Source of the DNA: Epithemia pelagica
Taxonomy: Eukaryota > Protista > Bacillariophyta
Direction: 5' to 3'
Assembly: GCA_946965045.2 (NCBI GenBank)
Contig: OX337236.1
Coordinates: forward strand, 2,108,001-2,172,000
Length of the DNA: 64,000 nucleotides
Below are positions 23,301 to 33,210 of the stretch, piece after piece (the first letter of the stretch is position 1; every line of letters begins with the position of its first letter). Position numbers and translations under genes: made by a program. The notes beneath the pieces were generated by a model. The model was not told the origin of the DNA. It searched no databases and was given only the letters and a program-made list of their open reading frames with translations.

Positions 23301-25586
23301 CGACAAAAAGGGTTAGACGGGAAGCCAACTGGGAGAAAACACCATAATCCGAAATTCGATACGAGAACTTACTCAGTTAAATTCCCAGGCGGGGTTGTGC
23401 ATGAATTTACGGCAAATGTAATTGCCGAGAACATGTTCTCAAGGATGGACGACGAGGGAAAGCGACACTTCGTCGTTAGCGAGATCGTTGGGCACAGGAG
23501 AAGCGGGGACGCCGTGTCGACCGAAGATGGCTTTTACCTTTCCAGCAATGGAAATAAGCATAGCAGGAAAACCACGAAGGGATGGGAGATTGCCGTCGAA
23601 CTGAGGGACGGTACGCAGATGTGGCTGCCGCTGAAAGATGTGAAAAATGGATACCCGATGGAGTTAGCAGAAAACGCGGTCGCGCAAGGAATTGAACAGG
23701 AACCAGCGTTCCATTGGTGGGTCCCGGCTACGCTCAACCACATGAGGAGGATCCTAAAGAAGGTAAAGAAAAAATACTGGAGAACGACACATAAGTATGG
23801 GATTAAACTTCCCCACTCCGTAGAAGAGGCCCTGAAAATTGATCGAATCACGAGCACGACCTATTGGAAAGACGCGATCGAGAAGGAGTTGAGAGTTGTG
23901 AAAGTGGCTTGGGAATCACGGGAAGATCTGGATTTGGGGGAGGTCCGAGCCGGGCGGCAACTAATCGGTCACACAGAAATTACTTGTCATATGGTTTTTG
24001 ATGTGAAAATGGACCTGACCCGAAAGGCCCGACTAGTCGCAGGAGGCCATCTTACCGACGCTCCCAGTAGCCTGACGTACTCCAGTGTCGTCAGCAGGGA
24101 TTCAATCCGGATAGCATTTCTACTTGCTTCACTCAATAACCTGAAAGTGCTGGCCTGTGATATAGGAAACGCCTATTTGAATGCCCCATGCCGCGAGAAA
24201 ATTTGGTTTCTCGGTGGTCCTGACGTTGGGACTGAATACCAAGGAAAGGTTTGCGTTATGGTGCGGGCATTGTACGGCCTCAAGTCGTCAGGTGCGAGTT
24301 GGAGGGCTACATTGATGGCCACTCTGTACGAGATGGGCTTCGAAGACACGAAGGCGGATCCATGCGTACTCCGACGCAAAGCGAAGAAAGACAGTGGAGA
24401 AGAGTACTACGAACTCATTCTAGTTTATGTTGATGACATCCTACTCGTGAGTCACAACCCACAGCCCGTCCTTGATGAGATCAACAAACATTACAAAATC
24501 AAGGCGGGCAGCATCGGTGAGCCGTCAACATATCTCGGGGCTCAAATATACAAGCATAACTTACCGGATGGAAACTGGGCATGGGGTATGTCCAGTGAGA
24601 AATATGTTACCAACGCCGTCAAGATCGTCGAAGGCTTACTCCAAGAAGACGGGGACGGTCACCACTTGAAAACAACCGCGAGAGTCCCCGTGCCAACATC
24701 TTATAAACCCGAACTGGACACGAGCCCTGAACTTGATGCTGACCTCACAGCCTGATATCAACAGTTAATCGGGATCCTCCGGTGGGCGGTCGAACTCGGA
24801 CGTGTCGACATCTACCTCGAGGTTTCATTGTTGTCTCAATTTCTGGCAAGTCCGCGAAAAGGGCATCTAGAAGCCGCGTACCACATTTTTGCATTCTTGA
24901 AGACTCACGTGAAGCTGAAGCTTGTCTTCGATCCCAAGGATGTTAAGTTGGATGAGTCATGTTTCCATCGGGTGTCGACCTCCGAGTGGAAAGAATTTTA
25001 TGGGAATGTGGCCGAGGAAATCCCTGTCGACATGCCAACACCCCTTGGACGAGCCGTCAGTACGACTTGCTTCGTCGATGCGGATCACGCCGGGAATCTT
25101 GTGACTCGCCGATCTCACTCCGGCATCATCATCTTTATTCAGAACGCGCCCATCCTCTGGTACTCTCGAAGACAGAACACTGTCGAAACGTCAAGTTTCG
25201 GCAGCGAGTTCGTCGCGATGCGGATTGCGAAAGAGATGATTGTTGGTTTGCGTTATAAACTCCGGATGTTTGGTACTCCCGTCGAACAACCAACCGATAT
25301 TTTATGCGACAACCGCGGCGTCGTCAAGAACACAAGCATTCCATCGTCCGTGCTGAGCAAGCGCCATAACGCGATCAACTACCACTCCGTCCGTGAAGCC
25401 ACGGCTGCTTCGATCATCCGCGTCGGGAAAGAAGATACTGCCACCAATATTGCCGACTTGTTCACCAAAATGTTACCCCGTGAGCGTCGAAATGAGCTTC
25501 TCTCACAGTTCACATATTCGGCCGCATTCGGATCCTCTGGACCGCCGGTTATCGATTCACGGGTCGCGACTCCGTCCGATCTTTGA
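20310..25586 (+). pseudogene. Copia gag-pol polyprotein (gag C-term, protease, integrase, RT, RNase H) with one premature TGA at 24753-24755
   Basis: Motifs EMDTMADTCCAG (PR), FTDTLF/LTADLAGEQ (INT), RKARLVAGGH/DIGNAYL/LYGLKSSG/YVDD (RT) and FVDADHAG/CDN/NIADLFTK (RH). ORFs 20202..24755 and 24828..25586 are in the same frame. Confidence 0.9.
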
Positions 25587-25627
25587 TTGCAAACCATGCG
25601 ACATGTCCTCGCTGCTTTGCCGGGGAC

Positions 25628-25699
25628 TGTTTATTACGTATCGAACGTGACTCGTCATATCACGGGAATGGAACGTTCCAGGAACGTTCCTTTAGTATT
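25628..25699 (+). repeat. 3' LTR piece 1
   Basis: Identical to 19100-19171. Confidence 0.9.
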
Positions 25700-25703
25700 A
25701 ATA

Positions 25704-25873
25704 CTTCCCGGTGTGGTGTCCTTTCAAGGAGGGACCGCCCGGCGCGGAGGGTAGAATGACGAGGAGGGCAATGGTCGAGGAGGGCGCACGCCCGACAAGA
25801 CAATTGCCCGTCGAGTCATTCTCCCGACAAGCCGGGCGCGCCCGACGCGAGAGGACGGCCAGACACAGGGAAG
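25704..25873. mobile_element. Stowaway-like MITE (170 bp) with TA target duplication
   Basis: TA|CTTCCCGGTGTG...GACACAGGGAAG|TA, with 12-bp imperfect TIRs and no ORF. Confidence 0.65.
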
Positions 25874-26042
25874 TAGTAAACTTACTCCCTATCAAGCTGT
25901 GTAGGTAGTGAGAATTCATGGAAGATATGTCACACTAGTGTCACGCATGTGTCACACAAGTGTCACACAGGAGAGGGAAACCGCGCGACCCGCACGAAAC
26001 TACTTCCCGGTCCTACAAAAAATTCCTACTCCTACTGTAGTA

Positions 26043-27961
26043 CTCCCTCCGGCTCTTTTTTATCGCACGAAGTTTTGAAAAATGACATAACGTCTCGAGC
26101 GCCAGCCCGTTGGCGCTAAAAATTATATAGATCGAAAGCTCTTTACAAGACCTACATTTCGATGTATAATTTGTATGTTCGATCTCTCATTCCTGGAGAG
26201 TTGTGGGCAACTAAAACAGGAAAATTGACAAAGACAGACTTTTGCGTACCGGTTCTAGACCCCCAGGCCCAGCCAAGCCATGCCACCTTCAGGGCAGGCC
26301 CGCAGGGGTGCAAAGTACAAGGAGTTACGGTCAGAAGACCGTGGGCGTGCGATTTCCATTCTCATGGCTTCTTGCCAGAATGGGTCCTTGCCCAGAGGTG
26401 CTCTTACATCCGTCGCCAAAATGTTTGATGTGCACCCCTCCACCATAAGTAGATTGTGGAAGCGTGCCGAGCGCACACGTGCCGAGGGCGTAATTCATTC
26501 GCCCGAAATTTCATCCGGGACAAGCTTGCGCGGACGATTTCGTATTTCTTCTTCTCCTGCGGTTAGGGAAACGGTTAAATCCATCCCCCTCATGATGCGT
26601 CGATCTCAGAATCAACTCTCCGCCGTTCTGGGTGTGGCAAAATCCACGGTGCAGCGATGGATCAAGAAAGGCAATCTTCGATCACACACCAGTGCTTTGA
26701 AGCCATACCTGACAGAAACCAACAAACTGGAAAGATACCTAATGGCAACTTCATTCATCAATCCCCAGAAACCCGGTGAGTACCAAGACATGATGGATAT
26801 GATACATGTGGATGAAAAATGGTTCCATGTTTCAAGGGATGGACAGCGCTTCCTGTTGACAGACGATGAAAAAGACCCCCTGAGAACCTGCAAACACAAA
26901 AGCCACATCACCAAAGTGATGTTCTTGTGTGCAGTTGCTCGTCCTCGCTTTGTTACAGCACTGAATCAGTGGTGGGATGGGAAACTTGGCATTTGGCCAG
27001 TTGGTGAGTGGGTTCCAGCACAGCGAAACAGCGTGAACAGGCAGAGAGGGACCCTTGTGTGGAAGAATACTTCTATCACTAGGGATGTCTACAGGGATCT
27101 ACTAATGGAATGTCTCATGCCAGCTATATTGGAGAAATGGCCAGAAGCTGACAGGAACAGAAGGACCCTGAGGATTCAGCAGGACGGAGCAAAAAGTCAC
27201 ATTCAAGAAGGGGACATCTACTTCGCTGAATTTCTGAGGGCCATGGAGGAGTTGGGAGTCAAGGCTGAGTTTTTCACCCAAGCTGCAAACAGTCCTGATA
27301 CAAATATCTGTGACCTGGGTTTCTTTCGTGCAATCCAGAGTCATAGTTTGATTGTTGGGTCGAGTGAAGGGCAACTGATTGAGTCGGTGCAGTCTGCCTT
27401 TGCTTCATACCCTAGACAGAAACTGAACCACACATGGCTTACCCTCCAGTCCTGTTTCAATCAAATAATTGAACAGGAAGGAGGGAATGACTACAAGATT
27501 CCACATATGAACAAACAGGGCATGGAGAGAAGGGGGGAGCTTCCCCATGTGCTGCAAGTCACAGACGCTCTCTCCAGCCCTACAAGCAGCAATCTGCAAG
27601 AGTAGAAACTAATCCTATTAGTCCTACAGAATACCTGGTTGACCTCCAATTGAGCAAGGAGGCAACCAGGGGCTACGGCCAATGATTGTACCCATAGGAT
27701 AGATCATTGTGTATTGCGTTGTTGTTGCTGCTGCTATTCGTGGTTTTTTTTGGTGGAGGGAGATTGCTGAACCGTTGAGGAGTGAAGATTGAAGGAATGG
27801 ATAGATTCTGTGGCACGTGTCACAGGGTATGTTCATCTCTAAAATTCGACTCCGAATGAGCCGGCCATCCTCCTGTAGAAATGTACCAGGTCCTACGACG
27901 GGTGTTTATGCGACTGATTTTTAGAAAAAAAATTCGTGCGATAAAAAAGAGCCGGAGGGAG
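26043..27961 (+). mobile_element. Intact Tc1/mariner transposon of the plant-type (DD39D/Stowaway-related) lineage
   Basis: Perfect 29-bp TIRs CTCCCTCCGGCTCTTTTTTATCGCACGAA (26043-26071 and 27933-27961). TA TSD on both sides. Confidence 0.95.
26280..27605 (+). CDS. Mariner transposase (441 aa)
   Basis: N-terminal HTH region. Motifs IHVDEKWF, FLCAVARPR, WDGKLGIWP, QQDGAKSH and NSPDTNICDLGFF. Confidence 0.95.
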   Translation: MPPSGQARRGAKYKELRSEDRGRAISILMASCQNGSLPRGALTSVAKMFDVHPSTISRLWKRAERTRAEGVIHSPEISSGTSLRGRFRISSSPAVRETVKSIPLMMRRSQNQLSAVLGVAKSTVQRWIKKGNLRSHTSALKPYLTETNKLERYLMATSFINPQKPGEYQDMMDMIHVDEKWFHVSRDGQRFLLTDDEKDPLRTCKHKSHITKVMFLCAVARPRFVTALNQWWDGKLGIWPVGEWVPAQRNSVNRQRGTLVWKNTSITRDVYRDLLMECLMPAILEKWPEADRNRRTLRIQQDGAKSHIQEGDIYFAEFLRAMEELGVKAEFFTQAANSPDTNICDLGFFRAIQSHSLIVGSSEGQLIESVQSAFASYPRQKLNHTWLTLQSCFNQIIEQEGGNDYKIPHMNKQGMERRGELPHVLQVTDALSSPTSSNLQE

Positions 27962-28005
27962 TATAAAAATGTGAGACGAACTACCTACAAAGTCTGGTAT
28001 GGAGC

Positions 28006-28082
28006 TAGTATTTTACCTCCTACCGGTGTACTTGTCGGTCAAGGGAAAAGTAGATGTAACTTGTGCTTAGTCTTTTCTTAAC
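28006..28082 (+). repeat. 3' LTR piece 2
   Basis: Matches the 5' LTR up to 19241. It begins with the duplicated TAGTATT also seen at 25693-25699. Confidence 0.9.
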
Positions 28083-28093
28083 GCCATTCGTAA

Positions 28094-28146
28094 TCGAGTA
28101 GTAAATACACTACTCCGATAAATTCGAGTAGTAAATACACTACTCC
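28094..28146. repeat. Two tandem copies (30-bp period) of a 23-bp hairpin unit TCGAGTAGTAAATACACTACTCC
   Basis: Direct repeat; each unit has the stem GAGTAGT/ACTACTC. Confidence 0.85.
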
Positions 28147-28445
28147 CATATCTTCCTCTCTTTGTATGATACTCATTATTGACGTCATATCATTTTGAAC
28201 CCTTTATTCTGGTAGATTTTGCCATTTGGAACATTTTGATATATGATATTGTACACCGATTCCTTCGTTATCGCTCTCATCCTCTCGTTTGAAAGTTCAA
28301 CGATTTTCCTCATTTTTGTTGTCTGACTCCAAAGGTCCATGTTTGATTGCTGATTTCTTTCTCCCGAAGTACAATCAAGTGCCAACCTTCTCCATTCTGC
28401 TTTGTAACATTACAACGAACTGAAATACAAAAGGCCATGTCGTCA

Positions 28446-29543
28446 GCTACTATAGCTCCTCGGAATGGAAGTAGGATTTTCGTTTAATATAGCCTTATAT
28501 TGCCCACGACGGCCGCGCTCTCATACGCGAGCAAGTGCGGAGCTAAAAAAGCTAGTGCGGAGCAAAAAAAACAGTCCTGGGAAAAAAGTGTGACAGTTAA
28601 TTAGGGGGGACTCGGAGGTTATAGAAGCAAGCGACATCCCCTCTTGGTCGTGGGGGCACTTGGCGGGGCTTTTGACTCCTCGGCGGGCAATAGCTCCTCG
28701 TCGTGGACCGCCAAATCCGCTGACGCGGATTTAGAAGGCGGTCCACTTCTCGGAGCTATTGCCCTTCTCGGAGTCAATAGCCCCTCCTCGTGCCTCCCCA
28801 CTCCGCCGAGCGGATGTAGAATTACTACTTCCGATTCCATTGAAGATACGCAAACGTCCACAAGCGCCTATTCGCAACCATTGCTTGACTCATCAACCCA
28901 AGACAACGACTCAAGCCAAGTGTCATCAGTGCCTGCTCCAGTCCCTACCCAACCTTCACGACAACCACCACGACTCCGTTTCTCATATGCAAAGCGAAAG
29001 CTGTACGCACCGCATACATTTTGGCTCGATCCAACGTACACCGACAGGTTTCAGCAGTCGTTCCCTTCTCGCGACATGAGAACTCCGTTGGTTCTCGAAG
29101 GGCAAATTATCGCTTGTCCCACAACCAAAAATGGCCATATGTACGTGGTTTCATGGGACCAGCGTAATTTCCCCACGCTAAATCCTCAATGGGTGCGCCG
29201 CCAGTTCACTTCGTCGCCTTATATCAAGGAGAAGCTCCAGCAATTTATTGTGGACTTCGACGAAGCAACACTTGCACGGAAACATGAATCTCAGAGGAAT
29301 AACGCAACCGCACCTCCAGCGACAGTGACACAGACAGCCACTGCACCTCAACAACCTCTTGCAGAAACAAGAACGACAACGAACAATCCCTCGACTACTA
29401 TAGAGCCTGATCGACGGGCAACAAGAACTACATCGCCTCTCCAGCAAGGTACCAACGAAACAACAACGTCCGTCCCTAATACAATCGAGAGAGCACGACG
29501 ACGGGCAGCACTCACCACTGCAACTGGAGAAGAGTCGTCACCA
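28446..29543 (+). mobile_element. Opposite (putative 5') end of the long-TIR DNA transposon, with ORF remnant
   Basis: Starts GCTACTATAGCTCC. 28446-28832 is inverted-homologous to 17540-17852, and ORF 28644..29564 continues with globular-looking sequence (LEGQIIACPTTKNGHMYVVSW). Confidence 0.55.
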
Positions 29544-29568
29544 GCTCTCTACCGACGTAGATAAGTGA
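29544..29568 (+). repeat. 3' LTR piece 3 (distal end)
   Basis: GCTCTCTACCGACGTAGATAAGTGA is identical to 19253-19277 and is followed by CTACT. Confidence 0.8.
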
Positions 29569-29625
29569 CTACTTTCTCCGTTCTTAGTTTGAAGGGGACT
29601 CAGAGAATAGTGGGCCAATTTTACC

Positions 29626-31754
29626 ATGATGAGCGAATCAACAGCGGAAGAAGCTGGTTTTGCTACTACAGAAAAAAGAGGAGAAGATGACGGTGATCAT
29701 GTGGGACTTAGCAAGAGGCGGAAGATCGACCTTATGACCGGAGACGTGGATCTGGGTGCAGCTTCTGTTGGAGCTGACGAAATGATTGTACATGAAGCGA
29801 CAACACCTTTGGATGAAGCGAAGATTGAATCGAAGCCAGCGGCACTGCCAACAGTTCCACCACCAGTGTCAACGGCAGCGGAAACATCAGCAACGCAGGA
29901 GCTGCATGCGTCGACGTCGTCCCGACTGTTTCAAATCCCTGACATCCCTACGACAGATGATTTAGTTGTCAAGGTTGTTGATTTCGAAGACGACATTCAG
30001 CGGGCGCAAATGGAAGCAGACCTTCGCAACGAAAGCAAATTCATATCGAAAATCACTGAGGGAACAACTGCTTGGAAATTCAACAAGGAACGGAGCGAAC
30101 AAATCAAAGGGCTACTTGAATCCAACGAGGTGATAGACGAGCACGGAACTGGCCTTCACTACTACAACCTAAGTGAAGATCATGGCATCGACATGGACAT
30201 GGCAGGAAATCCGAATCTTATCACTCGCCCTCACAGTCGCAGAGTCGTTACTGCAATCGAGGACGTCTGGAAGAATCATCAGCGCACTCTGAGCTATATC
30301 ATTGGACCACCGGGTGTAGGCAAGACTAGGACGTTACAATTGTTGCTTCGACGATTTCTCCTTGACACATCAGGCGATTCGGCAAAAAGCATCCGCTACT
30401 ACAGCCAAAAGGAAGAGTTTGCTTTGTGGATTATTCTCGTTGATGACAGACTTTCGGTTTTCATGGCGACGGAGGAAGAGAATCCGCAGGGATTCTTCAT
30501 GACGGAAAGTCTGTCAGGAAGCATGTTTGAGAAATCCGTGGTTCTTCTTGACCCAAAAGAAGCTGAAAAAGGAGGAGCTGAGTTTGTGCATTCGCGACGC
30601 CACATGGTTGTTGCTTGTAGCGCAGACGAAGAGCATTTTCCAATTGACCCGAGCAAAGTCTTGGAACCTCTTTCACTTCTATATCGGATTGTGGACGCGC
30701 GATGAGCTGCGTCGCGTCACCGAGCTCAAGTTGATACCCCTGGAGAAAGGTGATACGATCGATACTGGCGTCATCGACCAAAGAGCCAATAAAGTTGGAG
30801 AAGCACCGCGATATATTTTTGCGAAAACGCTCTACAACCGCCGTGTCAAGCGCATCCAAGAACTAGCAAAACTGCTTGATGCCGACATTGTCCGCAGCGC
30901 GCTCACGGATAGGGCTGTTGAGCGAAATGGAACCGTTGCTGGCTGTTTCTTTGCCCATATAAACAACTTTTCTGTCGACGGGAGCTCAGACTACTCGATC
31001 CCGAATATTCGATACCTTAGTCGCTTTTCTGTGGCGACTATCTACGAAGCACATCGGTCCACTATGCTGTCGGCTATGGCACAAGCTACCAATGATGACG
31101 GAGGCCTTTTTGAGCTTCTGGCAGGTTGGGACGTCCATACTGGGGGCGACTTTGTAGTTCGAGAGATGGTGTATACGCGGGAAAAATCAGCTGAAGGAGC
31201 TCAGGAAAGTGAGGCGAAGCAAGCAATTCTGAAGTCGACAAGATCTACGCTGTCTCTTGAAGCGCAATCGAAGACCAAGTTTCTTCCACCGGATACGCCA
31301 ACGGAAATCACTCGAACTGGTTGTGTCCAACCTTTGCTGCAGTTTGGCGAAGCTCCATTCGTAGCTGCCACATTTGTTGGTCTTTCAAAGTGCTATCCGG
31401 CCATTGATTACATTGGTAAAACGCCGGGACGTCTACCAAGCTACAACTGGCAATGATCATGATCGAAATGGTTGGATTGAGCTTCTTGTCGATGCAGGTA
31501 TATTGGTCTCTGAAAAGTCACCGCTGGCAGTGGCCGAGGACGCGAAAGACCTCACTTTCTACTGGGTTGTTCCTGCATGGAAAGAGGATAAATGGTCCAA
31601 CGCTGCCAAGACTCTGCGAAGGAAGGACTGTAGCGGACTATCGACAAGAGATATTGCAGTGGCAAACAAGGCCCTGCGGGACCATGTGGTGCAGAGAGTC
31701 CTGCTCATTCCCCTTCATAGAGCGACGGTCGTGACCGCGGCATCATCAATGTAG
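29626..31754 (+). pseudogene. Crinkler/RHS-type P-loop NTPase + REase, copy A' (two 1-nt frameshifts; may be assembly artefacts)
   Basis: Walker A YIIGPPGVGKT, VVLLDP, GEAPRYIF, C-terminal YPAIDY...YQAT...FYWVVP. Near-identical to 35115-37163 except for extra bases in homopolymers near 30663 and 31418-31421. Confidence 0.7.
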
Positions 31755-32057
31755 AGAGTCCGAGTGTCGTACGGATACTTGATTCATCATGCATTGCATA
31801 TAACGCACGTGTTAAGTTTAATCCATTGAATCTTTTGGGGGCGTGACTATGACGATGACGGGGAACAGCTCTCGTTTTCAAACTCTCAATGGGGAAGATC
31901 TCTTCCCAGAAGTTGCAAGACTAGTGGAAGAGAGACCATTCAAAAGTTGCAAGAACGAAGAGACAGAGAAGAATCGAACACTCACCATCCCTCCTCTTCC
32001 GCAAGTCACTCACAATTTCCATCTGGACAAAGCGCTTCCAAAACCACCAACCACACC

Positions 32058-33210
32058 ATGGCAACATCTTCAACCACAACGACTGCCTCCACGATTTGCA
32101 GTATGGATGACTGGAATGTGGATGTGGTGCTGCGGGTGCTTCCCTATTTGTCCTTTTTGGATGCTAATCGTTTCCAGTTGTCTTCGCGTCGCTATATCGT
32201 TTCCAGTTGTCTTCGCGTCGCTATTGGTATTTGGTTCAGGAATACCGTCGTCTCTTTCACACTTCCAACGTGGTCACCATCACCAGAATGGATGGGCGAT
32301 CAGCCTACAGTTGCACAAAGTATGCGCAAGGAATGATGCAATACGCGGTCCATCATAAATTGCAAACTTCGCACAATTTTATTGTCGCTAGTTCTCAACC
32401 GTCAAGTACCTTACGACGAGAGTTACTGGGCTGGATTCCCTCCGACTGTGTCGTTTTGGGGACAATATCCGTTATTTTGCAAACCACCGTTCCCATTTGC
32501 TCGATCGGCCCGGAAGATGGGCTCTTGCTCGCCACCCTACCACCCAATTCGATGTATCCGTTTAGTTTTACCACTACTGGAGAAGCAGGATTACCTACGT
32601 CGTCCTCTGCGAACACGATGAGCTCCACAACTTTGGCCGCCACCCGTGACTTGATTCAGCAATTACAATCTCACGCAATACAGTATTTTGAGGGCAAAAA
32701 GCCCTCAGCAATTTGGATACATGGGATAGAATATAGAGAGAATCAAGTCGATCACGTTTTGGCAACCTTACAACAAGCCTTCCCCCAGACCACTTTGGTC
32801 GGTGGTTTGTGCCGTGGCGGCTTCGTTTCCGAGTCTTTTGACTCTTCAACAACAAGAAACCAGTTGTACACAATGTCTAGGTGGGAATTGAGAGAATGGT
32901 ACTTGTCATTGGGTGGGCGCGAATACAGAGCGTCCCGGAGATGGACCCAAGAGAAATTGAAGAATTGTGTGCGACCAATGTTACACAAAAGATCCTATCG
33001 ATTGCATTTCTTTTCATACGACGATGTGTATTACGAGCCAGAGAGTAGTGTTGTTTTTGGAGTGGCAGTTTTCAATGTTCCGGTACAAGCCGTTGTGTCG
33101 CAAGGATTCGAATCCTTGACGATTCCAGCAACTGGAATACCATCCATTCCCAACACCACACCACAGCCACCCAGGGCATTGGCCAGTAGTATCTTTGTAG
33201 TTCATCAAGC
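32058..33210 (+). pseudogene. F-box/FIST copy F4, frameshifted by a 29-bp tandem duplication and 3'-truncated
   Basis: Unit ATCGTTTCCAGTTGTCTTCGCGTCGCTAT occurs at 32167-32195 and 32196-32224. Homology to F5 ends at CATCAAGC (33210). Confidence 0.85.

Larger units (their letters stand above)
19100..29568 (+). mobile_element. Ty1/copia (CoDi-type) LTR retrotransposon, near full length, 3' LTR interrupted by nested insertions
   Basis: 5' LTR 19100-19277. 3' LTR pieces at 25628-25699, 28006-28082 and 29544-29568. Flanks CTAC(T) at 19096-19100 and 29569-29573. Domain order is PR-INT-RT-RH. Confidence 0.9.

Noticed and set aside
24753-24755. Stop-codon readthrough or selenocysteine in pol
   Set aside because: The position corresponds to a conserved Arg (RYQQLIG), so CGA-to-TGA mutation explains it.
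28094-28146. CRISPR-like repeat-spacer-repeat
   Set aside because: Only two units with a 7-bp spacer, eukaryotic context and no cas genes.
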